In this document: positions 1 to 10,900 of the stretch, piece by piece
Layout: every line of letters starts with the position of its first letter
How positions within the stretch are numbered: position 1 is the first letter of the stretch
Assembly (NCBI RefSeq): GCF_000299365.1
Contig: NC_018655.1
Location: 270,001-302,000, forward strand
Length of the DNA stretch: 32,000 bases
Source of the DNA: Candidatus Nitrosopumilus koreensis AR1
GTDB taxonomy: Archaea; Thermoproteota; Nitrososphaeria; Nitrososphaerales; Nitrosopumilaceae
Reading direction: 5' to 3'
Notes under the pieces: generated by a model
What the model saw: the letters and a program-made list of their open reading frames with translations, nothing else
Told to the model about the DNA's origin: nothing
Databases searched by the model: none
Position numbers and translations under genes: made by a program

Positions 1-720
1 AAATTCTGGAACAACATATGTGCCAATAATCTCAATGTCTGAATCTCCCTGTTCAAAATTAATTGTAATTACTCTGGAATCTGCATGAACTACTGATTCT
101 TGATATGCTACCTCTATTCCGTCAATCAAAATGATAAATGTGTCATCTTTCCCATCCTGTTTTTCAGCACCGATGAATTCTCTTGGTAAATCTAGTGTAA
201 TTACTCCTTCATCCGTAGAATCTACTTGAACTATTAACGCAAAAATATCTGAATCAACTATCATATTTTTAACTGTCCCACCTTTGATTGTGTATTCTAC
301 ATCAAATGTTCCATGGCTTCCAGCATCAACTTCAAAATTAGTGGTAGTTTCAACTGCTCCTGATTCTGGAGTGTAATTGAATTTCGTCTCTGCCATGTTT
401 CCGTCCCCATAAAGTACTCTGATTAGATACTCGCCTGCATTATTCCATAATGGACCTTCTGCAAGAATTGTGTGAGAATATGTTCCATCTTGGGCTACTG
501 TGATTTGTGCAATGTCTACTAGATTCCCTGAAGTAAGTATTTGAAGTGTTACTGGTGTTCCTCCTACAACTGTTTGAACCTTTCCTGATATCACAATTGT
601 GTCTCCTTCATCATAGTTTTTGTCATCTGTCTGAACAGACACAAATGGTTCTTGAGCAAATGCAAATCCTGTTGAAATTACTAACAAAGAAACTAATCCA
701 TAAAATATTTTAAAATTCAC
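1..720 (-). CDS. Secreted/surface protein, partial (C-terminus off window), probably PEFG-CTERM family
   Basis: Not in the supplied track. The minus frame from GTG at 720 stays open to position 1: VNFKIFYGLVSLLVISTGFAFAQEPFVSVQTDDKNYDEGDTIVISGKV...DIEIIGTYVVPEF. It has a signal peptide, the same Ig-like repeat as its neighbours, and the start of the VxPEF tail. Confidence 0.8.
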   Translation of the reverse strand, partial: MNFKIFYGLVSLLVISTGFAFAQEPFVSVQTDDKNYDEGDTIVISGKVQTVVGGTPVTLQILTSGNLVDIAQITVAQDGTYSHTILAEGPLWNNAGEYLIRVLYGDGNMAETKFNYTPESGAVETTTNFEVDAGSHGTFDVEYTIKGGTVKNMIVDSDIFALIVQVDSTDEGVITLDLPREFIGAEKQDGKDDTFIILIDGIEVAYQESVVHADSRVITINFEQGDSDIEIIGTYVVPEF

Positions 721-789
721 AAATTTTGAATGTCATGTTTGTATATTTCTTTTACTATCAAAAATGAAAAAATGAAAAAAGATGTGATT

Positions 790-1677
790 TTAGTATCTTG
801 GCATAATGCTAAGTCTTGATCTTGCAGATACTGCAATTATTGAGATAATTGCTACTGCTAGAATCATGGCTGCAATTGTGCCAAACTCTGGGATTACAAA
901 GGTACCAATAATTTCAATTTGTTCGGTTCCTGCTGGGAACATAACTGTTACTTTGTTTCCAACAATCTCGACATCATCCCATTCTTGTCCGTCAACTAAT
1001 ATCATGAAGATACCATCTTGGACTGTCTTTGATGGAGTTACTGTTAAGATTCCATCAGATTCTCTGGCATTGATGTTGATAACAATTGAATTGTCATCTG
1101 TATTGAGAGTTGCACCTGTTACTACTGCTCCTGAAATACTAAATGGTATACAATGACCATCTGCACTAATTTCACTAGCACCACATTGTTTGGATGATGT
1201 TGGTGTTTGGTAGCCTGGTGAGTATGCAACACCACCAGTTAATTCAACTTTGACACTGTTTTTCTTATCGGCACTGCCATAGTTTGCCTTAATGGTGTAG
1301 GTACCGTCGTATTTCCACATTGCACCTGCTGTGTTTAATGTTGTCTCAAAACTGCCATCATCTGCTACAGTGATTTGATCAACTGTGACGATAGAGTTTA
1401 GGGGATTCACAACAGTAATTGTAACTGGATATCCCGATGCTACATTTGCTACTTGCCCTTCTACCATAATCATGTCACTATGTTCATATGTTTTCTTATC
1501 TGTCCAAACAGATATTGGAATGTCTTTGAGCAACATCATGTTTGATGTTTCTCTTGCATTCTCCATAGTACATCCAACACATGCTTGTGGAATTTCATCC
1601 GCATATGCTGATGACACGGTTAAGGTACCGACTGCAGTCAAAACGGCTAGTAGCGCGAACGACGTACGATTGTTCAT
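790..1677 (-). CDS. Secreted/surface protein with PEFG-CTERM-type tail
   Basis: Signal peptide (LLAVLTAVGTLTVSSAYA). Ends FVIPEFGTIAAMILAVAIISIIAVSARSRLSIMPRY, i.e. PEFG, a hydrophobic helix, then basic residues. Confidence 0.85.
   Translation of the reverse strand: MNNRTSFALLAVLTAVGTLTVSSAYADEIPQACVGCTMENARETSNMMLLKDIPISVWTDKKTYEHSDMIMVEGQVANVASGYPVTITVVNPLNSIVTVDQITVADDGSFETTLNTAGAMWKYDGTYTIKANYGSADKKNSVKVELTGGVAYSPGYQTPTSSKQCGASEISADGHCIPFSISGAVVTGATLNTDDNSIVININARESDGILTVTPSKTVQDGIFMILVDGQEWDDVEIVGNKVTVMFPAGTEQIEIIGTFVIPEFGTIAAMILAVAIISIIAVSARSRLSIMPRY
821..882 (-). repeat. Near-identical PEFG-tail repeat, copy 1
   Basis: 62-nt core cttgcagatactgcaattattgagataattgctactgctagaatcatggctgcaattgtgcc, identical in three genes. 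Confidence 0.9.
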
Positions 1678-1739
1678 CTTGTTGCGAATTGAACCTGTCT
1701 CTATTTATGTATATTTAAAAAATGAAAAAAGATGTGATT

Positions 1740-2600
1740 TTAGTATCTTGGTATAATGCTAAGTCTTGACCTTGCAGATACTGCAATTATTGAGATAATT
1801 GCTACTGCTAGAATCATGGCTGCAATTGTGCCGAATTCTGGCACTACGACTCCGTCTTTAATCTCTACTTCAGTTGAAGCAGTATATTTTGGATCGTCAA
1901 ATTGTTTTGCAGTTACAGTATAGAAACCATCTTGTTTCCATAGAGGACCACTTGTGTTGAATGTGGTGCTGAATTCACCATTTAGCATTGGCGATACTTG
2001 CCCGATGGATACTTTGTTTCCATTTGGTGCCGTGATAGTCAAAGTTACATCTTGACTAACCCTATCTGTTTGTCCTGAGATTTCAATTATTGAAGATCCC
2101 ATTACTGCGTCTGCATAAATTTTCAACCCTGCATATTTAGCAACATTTGGTCCAGGTGGTACGAAGATATCTGAACTATAACTTGACTCAGTTACTGATG
2201 TTGTTTTAACCATTCCATCTACTATTTCTACTTCAACGTCCAAAGTGTATATTGAATTTTGTTGTAAGCTTTGTTTAGCTGATATTGTGTAAAATCCACT
2301 CTCTTTCCATGTTGGACCTACTTTGAATGTAGTCTCAAACGTTCCATCACTTCTTGGTGAAACTTGATCAATGACAACTACGTTATTCCCACTTGGAGAT
2401 ATTACTCTAAATGTAACGTCTGTCAACTTTGAAACTGTTTTACCTGTGACAGTAATGACGTCTGAATTCTTATCTGCTGTAGCGGTAATGAACATTCCTT
2501 GTGTCTGAGCAAATACGTCTTGCTGAATTGTGGTCATTGAAATTAATGACAGTGCCATAACGGCAAATACCACTGATGTTGTAGAACGTTTTAAATTCAT
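1740..2600 (-). CDS. Secreted/surface protein with PEFG-CTERM-type tail, two Ig-like repeats
   Basis: Signal peptide starting at MNLKRSTTSVV (start 2600; the track uses 2615). Two repeats of the ITATADKNSDVITVTGK... type. Ends VVVPEFGTIAAMILAVAIISIIAVSARSRLSIIPRY. Confidence 0.85.
   Translation of the reverse strand: MNLKRSTTSVVFAVMALSLISMTTIQQDVFAQTQGMFITATADKNSDVITVTGKTVSKLTDVTFRVISPSGNNVVVIDQVSPRSDGTFETTFKVGPTWKESGFYTISAKQSLQQNSIYTLDVEVEIVDGMVKTTSVTESSYSSDIFVPPGPNVAKYAGLKIYADAVMGSSIIEISGQTDRVSQDVTLTITAPNGNKVSIGQVSPMLNGEFSTTFNTSGPLWKQDGFYTVTAKQFDDPKYTASTEVEIKDGVVVPEFGTIAAMILAVAIISIIAVSARSRLSIIPRY
1771..1832 (-). repeat. Near-identical PEFG-tail repeat, copy 2
   Basis: Same 62-nt core. Confidence 0.9.
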
Positions 2601-2747
2601 CCTATTTTCATCCAAGTTTCTTTGGTATTTATGTATATTTAAAAAGTGAATTGGATAAACTGCGGGAGTTCATTTGATAAAATCATCATGTTTACTTTCA
2701 GGTGTTACGTTTTTTCATGGCATAATAACCAATACCGATCATAGAAC

Positions 2748-2942
2748 CTAATGCGAGAATAACCAAAAGTGCCATACTGCCAAGATCATAACCTGATCTC
2801 TCTCCTGTCCTGATCTTACTTCCTCTGTTATTCCAAAAATCTCTTTGAGTTTACCTGTCCCCAAAATGATCAATATTCCAATTATGATATATGCCAAAGT
2901 CACTATTTGGTTACTCATGAATTGCTCATAAGGTAGAGTCAA
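2748..2942 (-). CDS. Possible small single-TM protein (64 aa)
   Basis: MTLPYEQFMSNQIVTLAYIIIGILIILGTGKLKEIFG... has a hydrophobic helix but no recognised family. Confidence 0.3.
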   Translation of the reverse strand: MTLPYEQFMSNQIVTLAYIIIGILIILGTGKLKEIFGITEEVRSGQERDQVMILAVWHFWLFSH

Positions 2943-3319
2943 CTGAAATATTCAAAATACCTGCAATTATGATAACACTTTCAACTCCAATTTTGAGATT
3001 TTTTCTGCTTCTTTGAACCATTACACACATGATGTATGAGCATAAGAGTTATGGTTGACTAGCATTTTGAATTAAAGTTAACCATTTGTTAGATCCATTA
3101 ATCTTGATTCCTACCAGTTCAGCAGATGCATCATTATTCATTCCCATATGAGAACGGATGTAATTGTGAAAAGTATGCATCCCTGAACTTGTTGGAGGAT
3201 TATTTTTTCAAAATCTTATTTTTACCATTGGGCTTTCATTTAATCTGTGATTTCTTAAAAAATAATTTTATCATGAACCCATCTGTGCAATTCTTTAAAA
3301 AGAGAAAAAAGATGAAATT

Positions 3320-4150
3320 TTAGATTCTTGGCATAATGCTAAGTCTTGACCTTGCAGATACTGCAATTATTGAGATAATTGCTACTGCTAGAATCATGGC
3401 TGCAATTGTGCCAAATTCTGGGACTACAAAGGTACCAATAATTTCAATCTCTTCAGCCCCTGCATGGAATGCAATTGTAAGTGTTCTATCTGTTGATGTC
3501 ATTGTTTCATCAAAGTCCACTTCTTCTCCGTCAACTAGGACAAAGAAATCATCATCTTCTCCATTTGGAAAAGTTGCATCCAATATTGATCTAGGGATTG
3601 TTAATGTGATTGAACCATCATCAGTGGCGTCAATTGAGATAATTAATGAGCTTGCATCCACATCAGGTATGATTCCAAGTAATTTAGCTCCTGTAATCTC
3701 ATATCCTATCAAATCAGTTGAACCTTCAACTGAAACGGTTGTATCTGTTACTTTACCATCTGTCTTAACTGGTGTTGTTGAACCTGCAAATTCAAATGTA
3801 GTTTCTGCAACCCTGTTCTCATTTCCATATGTAACTACAACTGTGTATGTTCCTGATAATCTCATTGTTCCTCCAGCAGTTATTTCAGTGCTGAATTTTT
3901 TATCTGCACCTACTGTAACTTGATCAATTGCTACAATGCTACCATTAGGAGATGTAACCATGACAGCTACTGGAGTTCCTGCATATAGATCTCTGACTTC
4001 ACCTGTTACCATGATAATTTCACCTTCTGAATAAGATGTCTTATCTGTAGTAACAACAATCGTACTTTGTATTTGTCCAAATGCTGGTGCCATACCAATA
4101 CTTGCAACTAAAATTGCTGATAAGGCAAACACCATCAATTGTGATTTCAT
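3320..4150 (-). CDS. Secreted/surface protein with PEFG-CTERM-type tail
   Basis: Likely start MKSQLMVFALSAILVASIGMAPAFGQ (4150; the track uses 4219). Ends FVVPEFGTIAAMILAVAIISIIAVSARSRLSIMPRI. Confidence 0.85.
   Translation of the reverse strand: MKSQLMVFALSAILVASIGMAPAFGQIQSTIVVTTDKTSYSEGEIIMVTGEVRDLYAGTPVAVMVTSPNGSIVAIDQVTVGADKKFSTEITAGGTMRLSGTYTVVVTYGNENRVAETTFEFAGSTTPVKTDGKVTDTTVSVEGSTDLIGYEITGAKLLGIIPDVDASSLIISIDATDDGSITLTIPRSILDATFPNGEDDDFFVLVDGEEVDFDETMTSTDRTLTIAFHAGAEEIEIIGTFVVPEFGTIAAMILAVAIISIIAVSARSRLSIMPRI
3351..3412 (-). repeat. Near-identical PEFG-tail repeat, copy 3
   Basis: Same 62-nt core. Copies 1 and 3 also share flanking sequence, including ggtaccaataatttcaat. Confidence 0.9.
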
Positions 4151-4331
4151 TGATTTTACGCCAAAATTTATCCTATTTAAGGTTGTGAAAAGATTAATTG
4201 ACAAAAATAGAAAAATCACTACTTTCTTGACGAATTTCAGATTAGATATATATTAACCTGAGCGTGAGATTTTGACAGTTTGTGTGTATTCATTACTATT
4301 ACATTTAATGTTCTGCGTGGGGGTTTTGTAA

Positions 4332-4583
4332 TTGGCAACTAAGAAAAATCAAATCCTCGTACCTGATCACATCTATGTCCCAAAACATGAAATCATTTCA
4401 AAACAAGAAGCTGAAGAAGTTTTAAAAAAATATAATTGCAAACCAACCGAATTACCATTAATCTTTGTAAACGATCCTGCCATTTTGGGACTAGGTGTAA
4501 AGCCAGGTGATATGATAAAGATCACTAGAAAAAGTCCAACAGCAGGTGAGAGTCTCTATTATAGATACGTGGTGGAAGTATAG
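4332..4583 (+). CDS. rpoH: DNA-directed RNA polymerase subunit H
   Basis: MATKKNQILVPDHIYVPKHEIISKQEAEEVLKKY...LGLGVKPGDMIKITRKSPTAGESLYYRYVV is the RpoH/Rpb5 C-terminal domain pattern. It lies directly upstream of rpoB. Confidence 0.93.
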   Translation: MATKKNQILVPDHIYVPKHEIISKQEAEEVLKKYNCKPTELPLIFVNDPAILGLGVKPGDMIKITRKSPTAGESLYYRYVVEV

Positions 4584-7500
4584 ATGGCAGATCCTTCAAC
4601 AAAACGTTGGCCAGTAATTCAAGATATTCTAAAAAGAGAAGGTGTTGCACGTCAGCACCTAAATTCATTTGATGAATTTTTAGAAAGAGGACTACAAAGT
4701 ATTATCAACGAAGTTGGACAAATCGATATTGAAAATGCTGAATATCCTTACAAGATTCAATTAGGTAAAGTTAAACTTCAACAACCAAGAATGATGGAAC
4801 TTGATGGTTCTATCACACACATCACTCCTGCAGAAGCTAGATTGAGAAATGTATCTTATTCAGCACCAGTAATGATGGAAGCAAGTGTTGTAGAAGATGG
4901 AAAGATTCTCGAGTCTAGATTTGTCCATATTGGTGATGTTCCGGTTATGGCAAAATCTAATGCATGCATCTTACATAATTTCTCTACACAAAAATTAGTT
5001 GAACATGGCGAGGACCCAAATGATCCTGGTGGGTACTTTATTATTAATGGTTCTGAAAGAGTAATTGTTGGACTAGAAGATCTTTCTTACAATAAAATTA
5101 TAGTTGACAGAGAAACAGTTGGTGGAAATATTGTTCATAAAGCCAAAGTCTATTCTTCAATTGTTGGTTATCGTGCAAAATTAGAACTTGTAATGAAAAG
5201 TGATGGATTAATCGTTGCAAGAATTCCAGGTTCTCCAGTTGATATACCTGTAGTTACTTTGATGCGAGCACTTGGATTAGAATCTGACAGAGAGATTGCA
5301 GCAGCAGTTTCTTTGGTAGATGAACTTCAAGATGAATTAGAAGGCTCTTTTGAAAAAGCAGGCGATGTTCCAACTGCAAAAGATGCAATTGTTTACATCA
5401 GTAAGAGGATTGCTCCTGGAATGCTTGAAGAATTCCAGATTAAACGTGCAGAAACTTTACTTGATTGGGGTCTGTTACCTCACTTGGGAAAACATCCTGA
5501 AAATAGAAAAGAAAAGGCACAATTTTTGGGAGAGGCAGCTTGTAAATTATTAGAACTAAAACTTGGTTGGATTAAACCTGATGACAAAGATCATTATGGA
5601 AATAAAGTCATCAAATTTGCCGGACAGATGCTTGCAGATTTGTTTAGAACTGCATTTAGAAATCTTGTCCGTGACATGAAATATCAGCTAGAGCGCTCTG
5701 GTCAAAAACGTGGAATCAATGCAGTTGCTGCTGCAATCCGTCCTGGAATTATTACTGATAAACTAAACAATGCAATTGCTACTGGAAACTGGGGTAGAGG
5801 AAGAGTGGGTGTTACTCAACTACTTGATAGAACTAACTATCTTTCAACAATCAGTCACCTTAGAAGAATCCAATCACCACTTAGCAGAACACAGCCAAAC
5901 TTTGAAGCAAGGGACTTGCATGCAACACACTTTGGAAGAATTTGTCCTAGTGAAACTCCTGAAGGCTCTAACTGTGGTCTTGTAAAAAACCTGGCATTAT
6001 CTGGAATCATCTCTGTAAACGTACCCTCTGAAGAAATTGTGGAAAAACTCTATGATCTTGGAACTGTTCACTTTTTTGATGCAAAAGAAGATTTGAAAAA
6101 AGACGGAACTAGAATTTTTGTAGATGGAAAATTAATTGGCTACTACAAAGACGGTGAACAACTAGCAGAATCTCTCAGAGATTTGAGAAGAAATTCAAAG
6201 ATTCACCCACACGTTGGTGTGTCATTTCATAAATCTGAGATTGAAGGTTCTACAAGAAGATTGTATGTTAATTGTAATGCAGGACGTGTTCTAAGACCAC
6301 TCATTATCATCAAAGATAACAAACCATTACTTACTGCTGATTTACTAGATAAAATTTCAAAGAAACTCATCTCTTGGACTGATCTTTTGAGAATGGGAGT
6401 ACTTGAAATGATTGATGCAAATGAAGAAGAGAATTGTTATGTTACATTAGATGAAAAAGACACAAAGAAACACACACACCTTGAAGTTTTCCCACCCGCA
6501 ATTCTTGGTGCAGGTGCTTCAATCATTCCATATCCTGAACACAACCAGTCTCCAAGAAACACATACGAGTCTGCAATGGCAAAACAGAGTTTGGGATTCT
6601 CAACACCAATGATGAATACTAGTACATATGTTAGACAACACTTTATGCTATATCCTCAAGTTCCAATTGTTAATACAAAAGCAATGAAACTTTTGGGATT
6701 AGAAGACAGACCAGCAGGTCAGAACTGTGTAGTTGCAGTATTGCCATTTGATGGTTACAATATTGAGGATGCAATTGTTCTTAGCAAAGCCTCTGTTGAC
6801 AGAGGACTTGGAAGGACATTCTTCTATAGAATTTATGATGCTGAAGCAAAACAATATCCTGGTGGAATGCGTGATGCATTTGAAATTCCAAACGCTGAGG
6901 ACAATATACGAGGCTACAAGGGAGAACGTGCCTATAGACTATTAGAAGAAGATGGTGTTGTTGCAGCAGAAGCTCCAGTAAAAGGTGGGGATATCCTCAT
7001 TGGAAAAACTAGCCCTCCAAGGTTCATGGAAGAATACCGAGAGTTTGAATCCTCTGGTCCTTACAGAAGAGACACATCAATTGGTGTCAGACCTTCAGAG
7101 ACTGGTGTTGTTGATACTGTAGTTATGACTCAATCAAATGAAGGTGGAAAAATGTACAAGATTAGAGCAAGAGATATGAGAATTCCAGAGATTGGTGACA
7201 AGTTTGCATCACGACATGGACAAAAAGGAATTTTAGGAATTTTAGCTAAAGCAGAAGATTTGCCATATACTGCAAGTGGAATGTCTCCTGATGTTTTGAT
7301 TAACCCACATGCATTCCCATCTAGAATGACAGTTGGCATGATGATGGAGTCTATCTGTGGAAAATCTGCCGCATTACGTGGAAAGAGATTTGATGGTTCT
7401 GCATTTGTTGGAGAAAAGATGGATGAGGTAAGAGAAGTAATGGATGCACATGGTTTTGAATATTCTGGTAAAGAAATAATGTATGATGGAAGAACTGGAA

Positions 7501-7931
7501 AATCATTTCCTGTTGAAGTCTTTATTGGAGTTGTATATTATCAGAAACTGCACCACATGGTTGCAGACAAGATTCATGCAAGAGCACGTGGACAAGTTCA
7601 GATGTTAACTAAACAACCAACTGAAGGAAGAGCAAGAGGCGGTGGTCTTAGATTCGGTGAAATGGAGAGAGACTGTTTGATTGCATATGGTGCTTCTATG
7701 ATTCTTAAAGACAGATTGCTTGATGAATCTGATAAATCTGATATCTTTGTATGTGAGAGATGTGGTCTTGTTGCTTATCATGATGTTAAACAAAGAAAAT
7801 ATGTCTGCAGAGTATGTGGTGATAAGGCCAAGGTCTCATCAGTTTCAGTTGCATATGCATTCAAATTACTCTTACAAGAGATGCAGAGTCTCAATGTTGC
7901 ACCACGATTGTTAATCAAGGAGAAACTATAA
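4584..7931 (+). CDS. rpoB: DNA-directed RNA polymerase subunit B (unsplit B''/B')
   Basis: 1115 aa with RICPSETPEGSNCGLVKNLAL, GYNIEDAIVLSK, GDKFASRHGQKGILG, GGLRFGEMERDCLIAYG and a C-terminal zinc site (CERCGLV...CRVCG). Confidence 0.98.
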   Translation: MADPSTKRWPVIQDILKREGVARQHLNSFDEFLERGLQSIINEVGQIDIENAEYPYKIQLGKVKLQQPRMMELDGSITHITPAEARLRNVSYSAPVMMEASVVEDGKILESRFVHIGDVPVMAKSNACILHNFSTQKLVEHGEDPNDPGGYFIINGSERVIVGLEDLSYNKIIVDRETVGGNIVHKAKVYSSIVGYRAKLELVMKSDGLIVARIPGSPVDIPVVTLMRALGLESDREIAAAVSLVDELQDELEGSFEKAGDVPTAKDAIVYISKRIAPGMLEEFQIKRAETLLDWGLLPHLGKHPENRKEKAQFLGEAACKLLELKLGWIKPDDKDHYGNKVIKFAGQMLADLFRTAFRNLVRDMKYQLERSGQKRGINAVAAAIRPGIITDKLNNAIATGNWGRGRVGVTQLLDRTNYLSTISHLRRIQSPLSRTQPNFEARDLHATHFGRICPSETPEGSNCGLVKNLALSGIISVNVPSEEIVEKLYDLGTVHFFDAKEDLKKDGTRIFVDGKLIGYYKDGEQLAESLRDLRRNSKIHPHVGVSFHKSEIEGSTRRLYVNCNAGRVLRPLIIIKDNKPLLTADLLDKISKKLISWTDLLRMGVLEMIDANEEENCYVTLDEKDTKKHTHLEVFPPAILGAGASIIPYPEHNQSPRNTYESAMAKQSLGFSTPMMNTSTYVRQHFMLYPQVPIVNTKAMKLLGLEDRPAGQNCVVAVLPFDGYNIEDAIVLSKASVDRGLGRTFFYRIYDAEAKQYPGGMRDAFEIPNAEDNIRGYKGERAYRLLEEDGVVAAEAPVKGGDILIGKTSPPRFMEEYREFESSGPYRRDTSIGVRPSETGVVDTVVMTQSNEGGKMYKIRARDMRIPEIGDKFASRHGQKGILGILAKAEDLPYTASGMSPDVLINPHAFPSRMTVGMMMESICGKSAALRGKRFDGSAFVGEKMDEVREVMDAHGFEYSGKEIMYDGRTGKSFPVEVFIGVVYYQKLHHMVADKIHARARGQVQMLTKQPTEGRARGGGLRFGEMERDCLIAYGASMILKDRLLDESDKSDIFVCERCGLVAYHDVKQRKYVCRVCGDKAKVSSVSVAYAFKLLLQEMQSLNVAPRLLIKEKL

Positions 7932-10900
7932 TGTCCATTCAAGCAGTAAAAGCAATTGACGGAATCAGATTCTCTGTCTGGTCTCCAACTGAAATCAGAA
8001 AATATTCTGTTGCAGAAATCACTGCTCCAGAAACTTATGATGAAGATGGAATGCCTGTTCAAGGAGGTTTGATGGATGGTAGATTGGGAACCCTTGAACC
8101 TGGACAAAAATGTCTTACATGTGGAAACACTGCAGCAAGATGTCCTGGACACTTTGGACACTTGGAATTAGCAGAGCCAGTTTTACACATTGCATTTATT
8201 GATAATATCTACAAATTGTTACAATCAACTTGTCGTTCTTGTGCAAGACTCAAAGTTCCACAAGAAGACTTGGATGTCTTTAAAACAATCAAAGACAAAC
8301 ATGCAGCTTATACTGTAATTTCACAAAAACGCATTCCAGAACAAATCATTGAAAAAGCAAAGAAAGCAAAGGAGTGTCCTCATTGTGGTAAAACACAATA
8401 CGAACTAATCTTTACAAAACCAACTATCTTTGTAGAAAAAACCGAAATTGGAGAACACAGATTACTTCCAATTACAATTAGAGAAAGATTCTCACAAATA
8501 CTTGATGAAGATTTAGAACTTTTATCATATGACCCAATAACTGCAAGACCTGAATGGTTTGTATTACAAGCATTTCCTGTTCCTCCTGTAACTGTCAGAC
8601 CTTCAATCATTTTGGAAACTGGAATTAGATCAGAAGATGACTTGACTCACAAGATGGTAGATATCATCAGAGTCAATCAAAGACTAAAAGAAAGTAAAGA
8701 TGCAGGAACTCCTCCATTAATTGTTCAAGATTTGGTAGACTTGTTACAGTATCATACAACAACATATTTTGATAATGAAGTATCTGGAATTCCACAAGCT
8801 CATCATCGTTCTGGACGTCCTCTCAAAACATTAACTCAACGACTTAAAGGAAAAGAGGGAAGATTCAGAGGATCACTATCTGGAAAGAGAGTTGACTTTT
8901 CAAGCAGAACTGTAATTTCTCCTGATCCTAACTTGGACTTGAGTGAAGTAGGTGTTCCCGAAGTAGTTGCCATGAAACTTACAATTCCTGAAATTGTCAC
9001 AGAATGGAACATTGAAAGAATGAGAAAACTCGTAATTAACGGACCTGAGAAATTCCCAGGAGTTAACTATATTGTCAGACCAGATGGCGTAAAGATTAGA
9101 CTTGATTTTGTAGAGGATCGTTCTACAATTGCTGAAACACTTGAGATTGGTTACTTGGTAGAAAGACATCTTGCAGACGGTGATATTGTCATGTTTAACA
9201 GACAACCATCACTTCACCAGATGTCAATCATGGCACACTATGTACGTGTACTTCCAGGAAAGACATTCAGACTACATCCATCAGTTTGTCCACCATACAA
9301 CGCAGACTTTGATGGTGATGAGATGAACCTTCACGTTCCTCAAAGTGAAGAAGCAAGAGCAGAAGCAATTCTCTTAATGAGAGTTCAAGATCAATTAATC
9401 TCTCCTAGGTACGGTGGACCAATCATTGGTGCACTAAGAGACTTTGTAACTGGTGCATACCTTCTAACTAAAGATGATACTACATTATCTATTCAAGAAT
9501 TCTCAAATCTTGCAATGCTTGGTGGTTATACAGATCCACTACCAAAACCTGCAACTAAAACTAAAGACGGTCCAGCTTACACTGGAAAACAACTCTTCTC
9601 ACTGTTCTTACCAAAAGACTTCAACTATGTCATTACATCAAAATGGTCAAAGGGAACAAAAGGAAAACCAAAGGATGTTGTAATCAAAAACGGTGAACTG
9701 ATCAGTGGTGTTATTGACAAATCTTCAATTGGTGCAGAAGAACCAGAAAGTGTACTTCACAGAATTGCCAAAGACTATGGTAATGCAGTAGGAAAAACTT
9801 TCCTTAACTCTATTCTCATTATGGTAAAACAATTCATCACTCACTATGGATTTAGTTATGGTTATGGTGACCTTATTGTACCTGACAAAGATAAACAACA
9901 GATTCTTGATGACATTCAAGAAACTTATGATATTGTAGATGATTTGACTGATCAATTCAACAAAGGTACATTGAAACTAACAAGAGGTATGAGACCTGAA
10001 GAAGCACTAGAGGCATACATTGTAAACGAGTTAGGTAAAGCCAGGGACAAAGCAGGCTCTACTGCAAACGACTGTCTTCCAGCAGATAATGCCGGAAAAA
10101 TTATGGCTACAACTGGTGCTAGAGGTTCATCACTTAACGTCGGTCAAATGGCAGGTGCACTTGGACAACAGTCAAGAAGAGGTAACAGACTTCATGACGG
10201 TTACAACAACAGAGCCTTGACACACTATCAAGAACATGATAATAATCCTGATGCACACGGATTTGTAAAATCCAATTACAGAGAGGGACTATCTGCCCTT
10301 GAATTCTTCTTCCATGCAATGGGAGGTCGTGAAGGACTGGTAGACACTGCAGTTAGAACACAACAAAGTGGTTACATGCAGCGTAGATTGATCAATGCAT
10401 TAGAACACATTAGATTAGAATATGATGGAACAGTAAGAGATCCACACGGACACATCGTTCAATTCCTTTATGGTGAGGATGGAATTGATGTGCAAAAAAG
10501 TGATCATGGTGAGGCATTTAATCCAAGTAGATTAGTTGAATCTCAAACAATTATTGATTCTGGTAAAAAGGCAACAAAAGAAGAGATTGAAACTTTGGCA
10601 AAGAAATACACAAAGACGTTTAATCCAAGATTAACAACTCTTGTAACTGATGCACTACTAGAATCTGGACTAAGTAAAGATGGTATTGAAACCGTATGTA
10701 AAAAAGGACTGTTACTTTACAACAAAGCAAAAGTGGAACCAGGACAAGCAGTCGGAATCATCACTGCACAATCTATTGGTGAACCCGGTACTCAAATGAC
10801 ACTAAGAACATTCCACTTTGCAGGAATTAAAGAAAGAAACGTTACATTGGGTCTTCCAAGATTAATTGAACTTGTTGATGCAAGAAAGAAACCCGTAACC

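Noticed and set aside
3126-3323. Plus-strand ORF 3126..3323
   Set aside because: Low-complexity AT-rich translation with many Phe/Asn/Lys, no motif and intergenic; no support.
806-3923. Plus-strand ORFs 806..1156, 1385..1756 and 3336..3923 opposite the PEFG genes
   Set aside because: Antisense shadows of the PEFG genes. The first and last begin with the same peptide only because they are the reverse of the shared tail repeat.
5350-7914. Short alternate-frame and antisense ORFs inside rpoB (5350, 5770, 6733, 7130, 7605, 7720)
   Set aside because: They lie wholly within a well-conserved essential gene and show no protein-like features.
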